Shown piece by piece: positions 19,595-30,457 of a DNA stretch of 64,000 nucleotides; the first letter of the stretch is position 1; each line of letters opens with the position of its first letter. A model generated the notes under the pieces. That model saw only the letters and a program-made list of their open reading frames with translations, was not told the DNA's origin and searched no databases. Location of the stretch: positions 256,001 to 320,000 of the forward strand of contig CAVRGP010000002.1 in the NCBI GenBank assembly GCA_963720755.1, read 5' to 3'. The DNA comes from an uncultured Chloroflexia bacterium. GTDB taxonomy: Bacteria; Chloroflexota; Limnocylindria; Limnocylindrales; CSP1-4. The position numbers and the translations under genes are program-made.

Positions 19595-20314
19595 ATGAAG
19601 CGCAGTGTTCACCACCCCAGCATTCAGGACCGCACCGTCGTCAACCGCAGGGTCGTCAACCGCACCGTTGTTAACCGCACCGTGCTGACCTCGGTGATCG
19701 CGGCCGGGGTGCTGCTCGTGGCCGGATGCAGTTCCAGTGACTCGGGCGGCACTTCGACGGCAGCGGCGACCACCACGACATCGGCGGCGTCCTCGATGGC
19801 CCAGGACTCGACCGCAGCCTCCGATGAGACATCCGCGGGGACGTCCGCCGGCACTGGGGACGCCACCGCGCTCGATGCCCAGTCGACGGCCTGGTTCGAG
19901 ACCCTGTGCAACGGCGTCGCGCCGGTGGCCGAACTGGCCCAGACGGCTGACACCAGTGGACTGTCCGATGCGGCCGCTCAGCAAAAGGGTGTCGAACTGA
20001 TCACCGAGTTCGGCGCTGCGCTGTCCGACACCGGGACGGCGCTGGCTGACGCGCCGCCGCCCACCTTCGAGGGCGGGGAGGAATTCGCCGCCACGATGAC
20101 GTCCGGGTTGACGGAGTCCGGGGCCCAGATGGCCACCCTCGCGCAGTCGTTCGGGGCCATCGATCCGACGGACACCGCTGCGCTGAAGGCGGCGGTCACC
20201 TCGCTGTCGGATGATTTGTCCACCGCGGTCGCGCCACTGTCCGCGATCGGCGATCTGGATCCGGCCATTTCCGATGCGGCACAGCAGATCCCGGCCTGCG
20301 CGGCGCTGGGCTGA
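19595..20314 (+). CDS. Putative lipoprotein (paralog 1)
   Basis: RBS GGAGG; lipobox VAGC; WFETLC and C-terminal IPAC. Confidence 0.8.
   Translation: MKRSVHHPSIQDRTVVNRRVVNRTVVNRTVLTSVIAAGVLLVAGCSSSDSGGTSTAAATTTTSAASSMAQDSTAASDETSAGTSAGTGDATALDAQSTAWFETLCNGVAPVAELAQTADTSGLSDAAAQQKGVELITEFGAALSDTGTALADAPPPTFEGGEEFAATMTSGLTESGAQMATLAQSFGAIDPTDTAALKAAVTSLSDDLSTAVAPLSAIGDLDPAISDAAQQIPACAALG
19628..19687 (+). repeat. 15-bp tandem repeat x4 (NRTVV) in the signal-peptide n-region
   Basis: GACCGCACCGTCGTC / AACCGCAGGGTCGTC / AACCGCACCGTTGTT / AACCGCACCGTGCTG. Confidence 0.85.
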
Positions 20315-20342
20315 CCACGGGTCGGGGAGAGGCGGGAACGGG

Positions 20343-21026
20343 ATGAGAAGGACGGCGTTGCTGACGCTGGCGACGGCTGCGGTGCTGGCGGTCAGCGGTT
20401 GCTCGTCATCGGTTGACGGCTCACCACAGGCAGGATCGCCGGCGGCGACGACCGGCAGTACGGCGGCGACCTCATCGGCCCGGACCAGCACCTCGCGGGA
20501 GACCGAGAGCTCGGAGGAAACCGAGAGCTCGGAGGAAACCGAGAGCTCGGAGGAAACCGAGAGCTCGGAGGAGTCGACGCCGGTGTCCGGACTCGACCCC
20601 GACACGGAAAACTGGTTCGTCACTTTCTGCACCCAGGCAGCTGATTTCCAGCAATACGCCTCGCCGGACACCACGGGGCAGACGCTGTCCGAGGCACAGG
20701 CAACTGTCGCCGAGGCCTACAGCAACCTCTCGATCAGTGCCTCGACCACCGTCGGCGTGCTGCAGGCAACCCCGCCGGCGCCCATCGACGGCGGCGACGA
20801 CCTGCAGACCGGCCTCATCGAGCGGTTCACCGCCTTCTCCGACGTCTACGGCCGCGGCGCGTTGACGATCCTGGCTCTGACCCCCACCAGCGAGTCCGAC
20901 CTGGTCGACGCCATCGACGCGATCGAGGCCGAGGCGGGTGCCGCCACCGCCGACGTGATGGCAGATGTGGACCCCGCGGTGGTCGACGCGGCCCGCGATC
21001 TACCGGAATGTCAGGGCGTGCTGTAG
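20343..21026 (+). CDS. Putative lipoprotein (paralog 2)
   Basis: Lipobox VSGC; WFVTFC and C-terminal LPEC; same layout as the upstream gene. Confidence 0.8.
   Translation: MRRTALLTLATAAVLAVSGCSSSVDGSPQAGSPAATTGSTAATSSARTSTSRETESSEETESSEETESSEETESSEESTPVSGLDPDTENWFVTFCTQAADFQQYASPDTTGQTLSEAQATVAEAYSNLSISASTTVGVLQATPPAPIDGGDDLQTGLIERFTAFSDVYGRGALTILALTPTSESDLVDAIDAIEAEAGAATADVMADVDPAVVDAARDLPECQGVL
20499..20570 (+). repeat. 18-bp coding tandem repeat x4 (ETESSE)
   Basis: GA(G/A)ACCGAGAGCTCGGAG four times, three copies identical. Confidence 0.9.
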
Positions 21027-21176
21027 ACAGGGCCCTACGCTCCAGAGCGCCCGACGTTGCGGCCGGTGCAGTTCGAGCGGCCCGCTCGGTCGAGATCGGC
21101 GGTCGCCTTTCAGGCTCGACCATGGTCGGGTGTTGCCGCGGGCACGGGTCGACGTGCGATCGAGACAGGGGGATCA

Positions 21177-21785
21177 GTGAGCCAGCTGTCGCTGTTCTCG
21201 GCCGATCTCACGCCACCGCAGCTGGACGACCTCGGCGGTCTGCTGGCCGCACACGCGCACGTGGCGGGCGGGCCCGGCGGGTTACGGCTGTCCATCCTGC
21301 TCCCCGAACAGTGGCGGGCGCGCGCCCTGCTGCGTGAGTGCCTGGTCCGGGACCTCCCGGCCGGGATCGTCGAAGACGACACGCAGGCCGACGACGGGTC
21401 GCCCACGGCGGTGCTGCTGCGCACGGATCGATCCCCGCTGCTCCATGCGATGGCCGATCGGTGGAACCGCGGCGGCGTCAAGTCCGTCCCTGCGGACATC
21501 GTCATCACCCCCGGTTTCCTGCGCTGCTGGACGATCGCGGCGGGTAGACCCGCCGACATCGGGTTCCTGCTCGGCGTCGATCCGCGGGCCGCCGACACGC
21601 ACGAACCGCTCGCCGCCGCCTGTGCCGCCGCCGGGCTGACGGGGTCGCTGCTCGGGGTCCGCGGCGGCGGGCCGGCGGTGCGTATCGTCGGATACCGACG
21701 GTGCTCCAGGCTCGCCGAGATGATCGGTACGCCGCCGCCGGAAGCGCCACCCGGCGCCTTCCCGGCCCTGAGCCACCACCCCTGA
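21177..21785 (+). CDS. Conserved actinobacterial hypothetical protein (Rv3647c-like)
   Basis: VSQLSLFSA..., W.RGGVKSVP, LAEMIGTPP; typical position upstream of topA. Confidence 0.7.
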   Translation: MSQLSLFSADLTPPQLDDLGGLLAAHAHVAGGPGGLRLSILLPEQWRARALLRECLVRDLPAGIVEDDTQADDGSPTAVLLRTDRSPLLHAMADRWNRGGVKSVPADIVITPGFLRCWTIAAGRPADIGFLLGVDPRAADTHEPLAAACAAAGLTGSLLGVRGGGPAVRIVGYRRCSRLAEMIGTPPPEAPPGAFPALSHHP

Positions 21786-21931
21786 GATACCCGTCCCTGG
21801 CAACCACCCGCTGGCCCGTCCGGTCACATGCCGGACGGAAGTGCGGGCACACTGTGGCATCCTGCTCGCAAGCGCCCCCGGCGCAGGCGTAGCTGGTTGA
21901 GCGCGCATATATAAGGAGTACGTGAGAGAAG

Positions 21932-24778
21932 ATGGCCACTAGCAGTAAGGCGGGTCCGGGCTCCGGCGTGCGCCTGGTGATCGTCGAGTCCCCGAGCAAG
22001 GCCAAGACCATCTCCGGATTCCTCGGGAGCGGCTACATCGTCGAGTCCTCCGTCGGCCACATCCGCGACCTGCCCCGTGGTGCCGCCGACGTGCCGGCCA
22101 AGTACAAGGGCGAGCCGTGGGCCCGCCTCGGCGTCAACACCGAGAACGGCTTCGAGCCGCTGTACGTCATCTCCCCGGAGAAGCGGGCGCAGGTCGCCAA
22201 GCTGAAGTCCCTGCTCGAAGGCGCCGACGAGCTCTACCTGGCGACAGACGAGGACCGCGAGGGCGAGGCCATCGCTTGGCACCTCCTGGAAACCCTCAAG
22301 CCGAAGGTCCCCGTCAAGCGGATGGTCTTCCACGAGATCACCCCGGCCGCGATCCGGGAGGCCGCGAACAATCCGCGGGCACTGGACGACAACCTGGTCG
22401 ACGCCCAGGAGACCCGCCGCATCCTGGACCGGCTGTACGGCTACGAGGTCTCGCCGGTGCTGTGGAAAAAGGTGATGCCGAAGCTGTCCGCCGGTCGCGT
22501 GCAGTCGGTGGCCACCCGGATCATCGTGCAGCGGGAACGGGAACGGATGGCTTTCCGCGCCGGGACCTACTGGGGCCTGGACGCGTCCATGGCCCCGACC
22601 GAGCCCGACAGCCAGGCCTTCAAGTCGTCGCTGGCAACGGTCGAGGGGCGCCGGCTCGCGAGCGGCCGCGACTTCGACCCGGCGACCGGGGCGATCAAGG
22701 CCGGCACCGACGTGCTGCTGCTCGACGAGGACGGTGCCCGCACCCTGGCCGCGCAGCTGACCGGCGGCAGCGCCACCGTCAGCTCCGTCGAGGAGAAGCC
22801 GTACACCCGCAAGCCCTACCCGCCGTTCATGACGTCGACGATGCAGCAGGAGGCCGGCCGCAAGCTCGGTTTCAACTCCGAGCGCACCATGCGCACCGCG
22901 CAACGGCTGTACGAGAACGGCTTCATCACCTACATGCGGACCGACTCGACCACGCTGAGCGCGACCGCTCAGGAGGCCGCCCGGGCGCAGGCCCGGGAGC
23001 TCTACGGCGCGGAGTACGTGCCGGCCACCCCGCGGCAGTACACCCGCAAGGTGAAGAACGCGCAAGAGGCCCACGAGGCGATCCGGCCGGCCGGCGAGAC
23101 CTTCCGCACCCCCGGCCAGGTGGCGCGGTCGATCAGCGGCGACGAGTACCGGCTGTACGAGCTGATCTGGCAGCGCACGATCGCCTCCCAGATGGTCGAC
23201 GCCCGCGGCCTGACGCTGTCGTTGCGGATCACCGCGTCGGCTGATGGTCGCGAGTGCGTCTTTTCAGCCTCCGGCCGGACCATCACCTTCCCCGGTTTCC
23301 TCCGGGCGTACGTCGAGACGGTCGACGCGGAGGCCGGCGGTGAGGCCGACGACGCCGAGCGCCGGCTGCCGAACCTGACCGTCGGGCAGCAGTTGGACAT
23401 CCGGGAGCTCATCCCGGCCAGTCACGTCACCACCCCGCCGGCCCGCTACACCGAACCGTCGCTGATCGGCGCCCTGCAAGACCTGGGTATCGGCCGGCCC
23501 TCGACGTACACCTCGATCATCCGGACCATCATCGACCGCGGATACGTATGGAAGCGGGGCCAGGCGCTGGTGCCGTCCTGGATCGCCTTTGCGGTGATCG
23601 GGCTGCTGGAGACCCATTTCGCCCGGCTGGTCGATTACGACTTCACCGCCGCGATGGAGGACGAACTCGACGCCATCGCCGACGGCCGGATCGGCCGCAC
23701 CGACTGGCTCGGCGCGTTCTACTTCGGTGGCGACCTGGGCCCGGAAGGGTCGGTCGGTCGCACCGGCGGGCTGAAGAAGCTGGTCGGCGACCGGTTGGAG
23801 GACATCGACGCTCGCGAGGTCAACTCGCTGCCCCTGCTCACCGATTCCGAGGGTCGGCAGGTGCTGGTGCGGGTCGGCCGGTACGGGCCGTACCTCGAGC
23901 GGACGGTGACCAAGGACGACGGCGAGGATGGCGACGGGGTCGGCGTGCAGCGGGCGAACCTGCCCGAGGATCTCCCGCCGGATGAGGTCACCGCCGATGT
24001 GGCGGAGGAACTGTTCGCCGCCGCCGGTGACTCGTCGGAGAACGAACTGGGCCTCGACCCGGTGTCCGGGAACATGATCGTGGCTCGGGACGGCCGGTAC
24101 GGGCCGTACGTCACCGAGGTGCTGCCCACCGTGGAGGAGCCGGCCGCCACCGCGGACGCGGCGACGAAGAAGGCGGCGAAGGCGGCGAAGGCGCTCAAGC
24201 CGCGGACGGCGTCGTTGTTCAAGACGATGACGCTCGACACCGTCGACCTGCCGACGGCGCTGCGGCTGTTGTCGCTGCCGCGGGTGGTCGGCGTCGACCC
24301 GGCCGACGGCGGTGAGATCACCGCGCAGAACGGCCGGTACGGCCCGTACCTGAAGAAGGGCACCGACTCCCGGTCACTGACCAGCGAGGACGCGCTGTTC
24401 GACGTCACCCTGGAGGAGGCGCTGGCGCTGTACGCGCAGCCCAAGACCCGGGGGCGGTCGGCCGCCGCGGCGCCGCCGCTGCGCGAGGTCGGCACCGATC
24501 CGGTGGGCGGCAAGCCGATGGTGATCAAGGACGGCCGGTTCGGCCCGTACGTCACCGACGGGGAGACCAACGCCTCGCTCCGCAAGGGCGACGAGGTCGA
24601 GTCGCTGACCGTCGAGCGGGCGGCGGAACTGCTCGCCGATCGGCGGGCTCGCGGTCCGGCACCGAAGCGGACTCCGGCCAAGAAGGCGGCGCCCAAGACG
24701 ACAGCAGCGAAGAAGCCGGCGGCAAAGCGGGCACCGACGACCCGGGCCAAAGCCGCCGGCAGCACCCGCGGCGCGTAG
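21932..24778 (+). CDS. topA: DNA topoisomerase I, actinobacterial type
   Basis: LVIVESPSKAKTI TOPRIM, DEDREGE, active-site ITYMRTD, GR(Y/F)GPY C-terminal repeats, Lys-rich tail. Confidence 0.98.
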   Translation: MATSSKAGPGSGVRLVIVESPSKAKTISGFLGSGYIVESSVGHIRDLPRGAADVPAKYKGEPWARLGVNTENGFEPLYVISPEKRAQVAKLKSLLEGADELYLATDEDREGEAIAWHLLETLKPKVPVKRMVFHEITPAAIREAANNPRALDDNLVDAQETRRILDRLYGYEVSPVLWKKVMPKLSAGRVQSVATRIIVQRERERMAFRAGTYWGLDASMAPTEPDSQAFKSSLATVEGRRLASGRDFDPATGAIKAGTDVLLLDEDGARTLAAQLTGGSATVSSVEEKPYTRKPYPPFMTSTMQQEAGRKLGFNSERTMRTAQRLYENGFITYMRTDSTTLSATAQEAARAQARELYGAEYVPATPRQYTRKVKNAQEAHEAIRPAGETFRTPGQVARSISGDEYRLYELIWQRTIASQMVDARGLTLSLRITASADGRECVFSASGRTITFPGFLRAYVETVDAEAGGEADDAERRLPNLTVGQQLDIRELIPASHVTTPPARYTEPSLIGALQDLGIGRPSTYTSIIRTIIDRGYVWKRGQALVPSWIAFAVIGLLETHFARLVDYDFTAAMEDELDAIADGRIGRTDWLGAFYFGGDLGPEGSVGRTGGLKKLVGDRLEDIDAREVNSLPLLTDSEGRQVLVRVGRYGPYLERTVTKDDGEDGDGVGVQRANLPEDLPPDEVTADVAEELFAAAGDSSENELGLDPVSGNMIVARDGRYGPYVTEVLPTVEEPAATADAATKKAAKAAKALKPRTASLFKTMTLDTVDLPTALRLLSLPRVVGVDPADGGEITAQNGRYGPYLKKGTDSRSLTSEDALFDVTLEEALALYAQPKTRGRSAAAAPPLREVGTDPVGGKPMVIKDGRFGPYVTDGETNASLRKGDEVESLTVERAAELLADRRARGPAPKRTPAKKAAPKTTAAKKPAAKRAPTTRAKAAGSTRGA

Positions 24779-24920
24779 GTGGGTGCCGGCCGCCCGGAGG
24801 GCGGGTGAGCGCCGGGTCCGGGGTGGTTGACGGCGCCGCCCGTCAGGGTGATCCCCGGAAACACCCTGGGATTCTCCGCGGGAAGGGGATGCTGTCGGTG
24901 TCGCGGCCTACCATTTGTTC

Positions 24921-25665
24921 ATGACGGCGCCCTTCGACGCCGCGCAGGTGGCCGGTCAGACGTTCACCGATGCGCTGAGCGGGTCAGACGGTACGGCGGA
25001 TCCTTCCGTGCTGATGCCCGTGCTCGACGCGTACCCCGATGCTTTGTCCGCTCCGATGCCGGACGACCTGCTCCCGGTCCTTGTCCCGCCGGCGATGGCC
25101 GGTGCGGATCGACCCGTGGTTCGCCTCGAGCCGGTCCGGGCACCCGCCGCGCCGCTCACCCCCGCCCAGCAGCGCCTGGCCCAGCAGCGTCAGGCGCAGC
25201 AACGGCAGGCCCAACAGGCCAGCCCGCCGACCGGCCCCGCAGCGTCCGGCAGCCCAGCGTCGCGGCGCCCGGGCGCAGATCCCGCCGGTCGCTGCTCCGC
25301 ACACCGGCTGGCAGGGGGTGGCAGCCTCCGCGAGCGACGTCGCCGCGATGTTCCGGGCGAGCATGCCGGGCGCCACCGGCGAGGTCGACCGGCAGTCGTA
25401 TCAGGCCACCCACCCGCAGTCCACGGGCAGTAACGCCCCCGCCGGGGTCGCGCCCGCGGCGCCGATGGCTTCGCAGTACTCCGGCCGCGGTCAGTCCCGC
25501 AATGACGCCCACGATCGATCGCAGGAGCGTCGGCGCCGGACAAGCGTTCCGACCAGAAGGTCCGGCAGTGGCTGGGCGGTGTTCGTGTTCATGGCGGTCA
25601 TCCTGTTCGCCACCGGCATCGGGCAGCGGATCATCGAGGCGATCACCGAAGTGTTGAACCGGTGA
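24921..25665 (+). CDS. Pro/Ala/Gln-rich hypothetical protein with C-terminal TM helix (frameshift ~25275)
   Basis: Two overlapping ORF halves; GWAVFVFMAVILFATGIG TM segment. Confidence 0.6.
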
Positions 25666-25723
25666 ACCGGCCACCGGCCCATCGGGTCAGCGTCGTCCGA
25701 CGGCGTGGCGGCGGTGGCGCGAC

Positions 25724-28003
25724 GTGAGCCGGAAGCGCGGGCCAAACTCCGTCGGGGTGCTGCTCAAGATTCCGGTGTTCCGCCGGCTCTGGGCTGCCAT
25801 CGCCATCTCCAGCCTGGGTGACTGGCTCGGCCTGCTGGCCACCACTTCCCTCGCGGCGTACCTGACCAAGGATTCGTCCAACCTCGCACAGGGCGCGGCG
25901 GTGTCCGGTGTCCTGCTCACCAGGCTGCTGCCCGATCTGATCCTCGGCCCGATCGCCGGTGCCCTGGTCGACCGGTTCGACAGGCGCAAGGTGGCGGTCG
26001 ATCGGCGACACCCTCGCCGGGCTGCTGTACCTGTCGATCATCCTGAGCGGCAATCTGCTGTGGCTGCTGGTCGCGCAGTTCCTGGTGGAGGCCATCGGGC
26101 TGTTCTCGACTCCGGCCAAGCAGGCCATGTGGGTCAACATCGTGCCCCGTGAGCGGCTGGCGGTGGCCAATCAGCTCAACTACGTGTCGGTGTACGGCAT
26201 GGTGCCGGTCGCCGCGGCGCTGTTCGCGCTGCTGTCAACCGTGGCCTCGTTCTTCGGTGTCCCCAACGTTTCCGACGACAGCAGCGCACTGATCAGCGGC
26301 GCCACCAGCACCCTGGCCATCAACATCGCGTTGGCCATCGACGCGTGCACCTACTTCTTCTCCGCCGGCATGGTGTTCATCTCGCGGCGGCTGATCCCGG
26401 CCTTCGTGGGGGACCGCAGCACCTCGAAGAACATCTTCTCGCTGATCGCCGAAGGCGTCTCCTTCGTCCGCAAGAACCGGTTGATGCGATCGGTCTACAT
26501 CGGGATCCTGGGCGCCTTCGGGGCGGGTGGGCTGGTCGCCGGCGTCGCGCAGGCCTACGTCGCCACCCTGGGCGCCGGCAACGCCGGCTACGGCATCCTG
26601 TTCGGGTCGGTGTTCACCGGCTTGGCACTGGGCATGCTGATCGGCCCGCGGGTCTTCCCCACGGTGCCCCGCCGGATGATCTTCACCCCGGCGATCGGTG
26701 CGGCCGGGATCTCGCTGATCGTGATGAGTGTCCTGCAGGACTTCATCGGCGCGGTGGTCGCCGCCGCGGTGATGGGGGCGTTCGCGGGGATCGCCTGGAT
26801 CAACGGTTTCACCATGATCGGGCACGAGGTGTCCGACCAGCTCCGTGGCCGGGTCTTCGCGTTCGTCATGTCCTCCGTCCGGATCATGCTGTTGATGACG
26901 ATCGCCGCTGGGCCGATCCTGGCCGGTGCTATCGGGTCCGTATCAGGTCACGGTCGGCGACTTCCGGTTCGACATCACCGGCCCGGCGATCGTGCTCGCG
27001 GTCGGCGGTGTCATCGCCTTCGGGGTGAGCCTGCTGGGCGGGCCGGCAGATCGGCGGCCTGACGTCCGAACTCGTCCGCCGGATCTTCGGCCGGCGGGGC
27101 GTCAACATCTGGGACGAGACGGACGACCACGCCGGGGTGCTGATCGCGGTGGAGGGCGCCGACCGGGAGGCGACCGGTGAGTACGCCGAACGCGCTGGAA
27201 GGGCACCTGAGGGCCGACGGCTGGCACCTGGTGCGTGGTGCGAGCGGTCACCGGCCGGGCGCTGAATGCGCCGATCGCGGACTGGACAACCCGGCGGAGG
27301 CGCTGCGTGCATCGGCGGAGCTGGCGGACCTGGCCAGCCGACGGGTGCGGCCGCCGTTGGATTCCGGGGCCGTGGTGCTGTGTGAGGGCTTCGTCGACGC
27401 CACCATCGTCCGGTACCGGACGGCCGGGGTGGAGGAGCAGCGACTGGCCAGGGTGGCGCAGTGGGCCGTCAACGGGCTGAAGCCGGACCTGACGGTGCTG
27501 GTTGACGGTGTGCTGCCGGGCGCCGGTGGTCGCTGTTGCTGCGCCGCCAGCGGCGGCACCGCACCTCGGGCCCGCCGGCGATGGAGCTGCGCCCGACGAA
27601 ACGAGTCCGTACCGCGCGACACTTCCGAGCGCCGCCGGGCGCTGCGCCGGCGCAGGCTGCGGGCGACCCGGTCACGGTGTCCCGCCGAGACCGCGGCCAT
27701 GGGGACCCTGGCCACCGCGCGGATGCGGAGGTGCGACGCCGCCGGATGTCAGGGAGGAAGAGGAGGCCGTCGACCCGGTGCAGGCCTACCGGGACAGGGC
27801 GTCCTACACCCCGGAGCGCTACCTGATCGTGCGGCCGCTGGCGGAGGAGGGCGGCATCATCAACTCCGAGGTGGTCGAACGCCTCCGGTCGGTGCTGCGG
27901 CAGCGGTCACCGCGGCTGGCCGAACAGCCACCTGTGCGGCCGCCCGGTCACGGTGCCGGAGAGCGAGCCCGTGGCCGCGGCGGTGCCGCTGCCGACTCGC
28001 TGA
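25724..28003 (+). CDS. tmk: MFS transporter fused to a degenerate thymidylate kinase domain (frameshifted, end approximate)
   Basis: FRRLWAAIAISSLGDW, GALVDRFDRRK, QLRGRVFA; TMK-like VLIAVEGAD, VRPPLDSGAVVL, PDLTVLVD, PERYLIV; located between topA and holB. Confidence 0.8.
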
Positions 28004-28031
28004 CCGATCGCCGCGCTGCGGGGAATTGGGC

Positions 28032-29301
28032 TCAGCCCAGCAGGTCCGTCAGCGGCACCTCCGGGTCGGCCAGCGCGGCCAGGTCCACGGTGTGCGCCCG
28101 CCAGCCCCGCCTTGACCAGGGCGCCGATGGTCTCCGTCACGTCCCAGACGTTGGCGTTCATCCCCGCCAGCACCGCACCGTCCCGGACCCAGAACGCCAG
28201 GAATTCCGGCGCGGCCACATCCGGTGCCGGACCGACCGTCGGATCGCCGCGGAACACCACCTGGTCGTAGCCGCCCGGCGTCACCCAGCCGGTGTACTCC
28301 ATGCCCAGGTCGTACTGGTCGGAGAAGAAGTAGGGAACCGGTGCGTACGGCGTCGGTCGCGCCCAGCATCGACCGGGCCGCCGCCGGGCCGCCGTTCAGC
28401 GCGTTGGCCCAGTGCTCCACCCGGAGCCGCCGGCCCAGCTGCGGGTTGAACGAGGACGCGACATCGCCGCAGGCGTAGACATCCGGGTCGGACGTCCGCA
28501 GGAGCTCGTCGGTGACGACGCCGTTGTCGACCTCCAGGCCGGCCGCCACCGCCAGCTCGACGGCGGGCTCGATACCGATGCCGACCACCACGATGTCGGC
28601 GGCAACCTCCCAGCCGTCGTCCAGCAGGACACCACTGACCGCACCGTCGGTCCGGCCGAGGATCTGGGTGACACCGGCCCCGAACCGGAAATCGACACCG
28701 CGGGCGGCATGCAGATCCCGGTAGACGCCGGCGACCTCGTCGCCCAGCACCCGGCGCAGCGGCAGCGTGTCCTGCTCGACGACGGTGACCGCGCAGCCGT
28801 GCTGGCGGGCGGCGGCAGCGGTCTCCAGGCCGATCCAGCCGGCGCCGATCACCACCACGTGCTGGTGCTGCTGGAAGGCCGCGAGCAGTTCGTCCGACTG
28901 ATCCAGGGTCCGCAGGTACCGCACGCCGGCGAGTTCGGAGCCCGGAGCGGTGAGCCGGCGCACCCGGGAGCCGGTGGCGAGCAGCAGCTTGTCGTAGTGA
29001 ATGGTCTCGGTCGGGTGCAGCTCGACGGTCTTGGCGGCCGTGTCGAGCGCGACCGCGACGCTGCCGGCCCGCCACTCGATGTCGTTCTCCAGGTACCACT
29101 GCGGCTCGTGGACGATACGCCTTCTCGCGCGGCTTCGCTCCCCAGCAGGTAGCCCTTGGACAGCGGCGGTCGCTCGTAGGGCGGCTCGGTTTCCTCGCCG
29201 ATCAGCACAACCCGGCCGGTGAAGCCGTCCGCCCGGAGGGTCTCAGCGGCCTTTGCCCCGGCCAGCGAGGCTCCGACAATCACAAATGTCTCATCACTCA
29301 T
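28032..29301 (-). CDS. Ferredoxin-reductase-like FAD/NAD oxidoreductase (frameshifted)
   Basis: IVGASLAG, PYERPPLSKGYL, IGAGWIGLE, TSDPDVYACGD, RVEHWANA. Confidence 0.9.
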
Positions 29302-29570
29302 GCCGCCCAATGTCCTCCCCTTTTCGGTGGTCTCGCGACCACGGCCCGCAGGTGGCCGACCGTCCGGGCACCGCATCGGTGCCCGGGCGATGCTCGACCG
29401 GTGACCGCGGTCGATCTCCGTTCCGGGCACAAAGAGTCTGTATCAGTCGCTGCCGACAGAGGCCGATCCGGTCACGGCCGGAGCTTCCGCCGGGGGCTGT
29501 CGGCGTTCGGTGGGGACTGTCGTGGTGGTCGGTTACCGTGACCGGACCAAACCCATCAGGAGGTGCAGCG

Positions 29571-30439
29571 GTGTCGGACATCGCGAACGGCAGTCGACCG
29601 CGTGGGCGGCACCGGCCGTCGCGTCGCGGGCCGCGCTGGGCGGCGGCCGACACCGAGCCGGTGATCTGCTGCGTCTGCGGCGTTGCCGGGCGGTGCGCTG
29701 TACTCCGTGCCGCCGTTCGGGGTCGTCCGGTGTCCGGTGTGCACGCTGGTGTTCGTGTCTCCGCGGTTGACCTCCGCGGCGCTGCAACGCTTCTACGACG
29801 AGCCCGCCTACTTCGAGGGCGGCGTCTACGGGCAGGGTTCGGCCAGCTGTCGCCCGCGATGGTGCTGCAGCGGACCTGGACCGGCGGCCGGCTCGCGGTG
29901 ATCGCCCGGCTGCAGCCCGCGCCGGGCCGGCTGCTGGAGATCGGCAGCGGCTACGGGTACTTCCTGGCGGCCGCCAGCGCCGCCGGGGATTCGACGTCAG
30001 CGGGGTCGAGCTGTCCCGCACCGGGTCCGAGCACGCCCGCCGCGAGCTCGGCGCTCGAGGTCTTCAGCGGTCAACTCGCCGACGCGCCTGCGGAGCTGGC
30101 GCGACGTCGTCTGTTTCTGGGACACCCTGGAGCACGTGCCCGATCCGCTGGAGTTCCTCCGGCAGGTGCGCGCCCGGTTGGCGCCGGGCGGGGTGTTCGC
30201 CCTTTCGGTGCCGTCGTTCGCGTCGGTGCCGGCGCGGCTGCTGCGGGACCAGATGGTGGACGCTCAAACCCGAGCAGCACATCTGGCACTTCACCCCGGC
30301 GACTCTGCAGCTGGTGGCCGCCCGGGCCGGTCTGGTGATCACCTCGGTGATCACCTCCCCGCTGAGCCGGGCCAACGCCGGCCGCACCGACTCGCTGGTC
30401 GCGCGTCGGCCGGGCGCATCCCCGAGCAGGACGCGGTGA
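29571..30439 (+). CDS. Class I SAM-dependent methyltransferase with N-terminal Cys motifs (frameshifted)
   Basis: CCVCG, RCPVCTLVFVSPR, LLEIGSGYGYFL, FWDTLEHVPDP, PEQHIWHF. Confidence 0.8.
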
Positions 30440-30457
30440 TGCGCGAAGCAGGCGGCA

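Noticed and set aside
20499-20570. 18-bp repeat array as a CRISPR
   Set aside because: Units are adjacent with no spacers, in frame within a lipoprotein linker, and there are no cas genes in the window.
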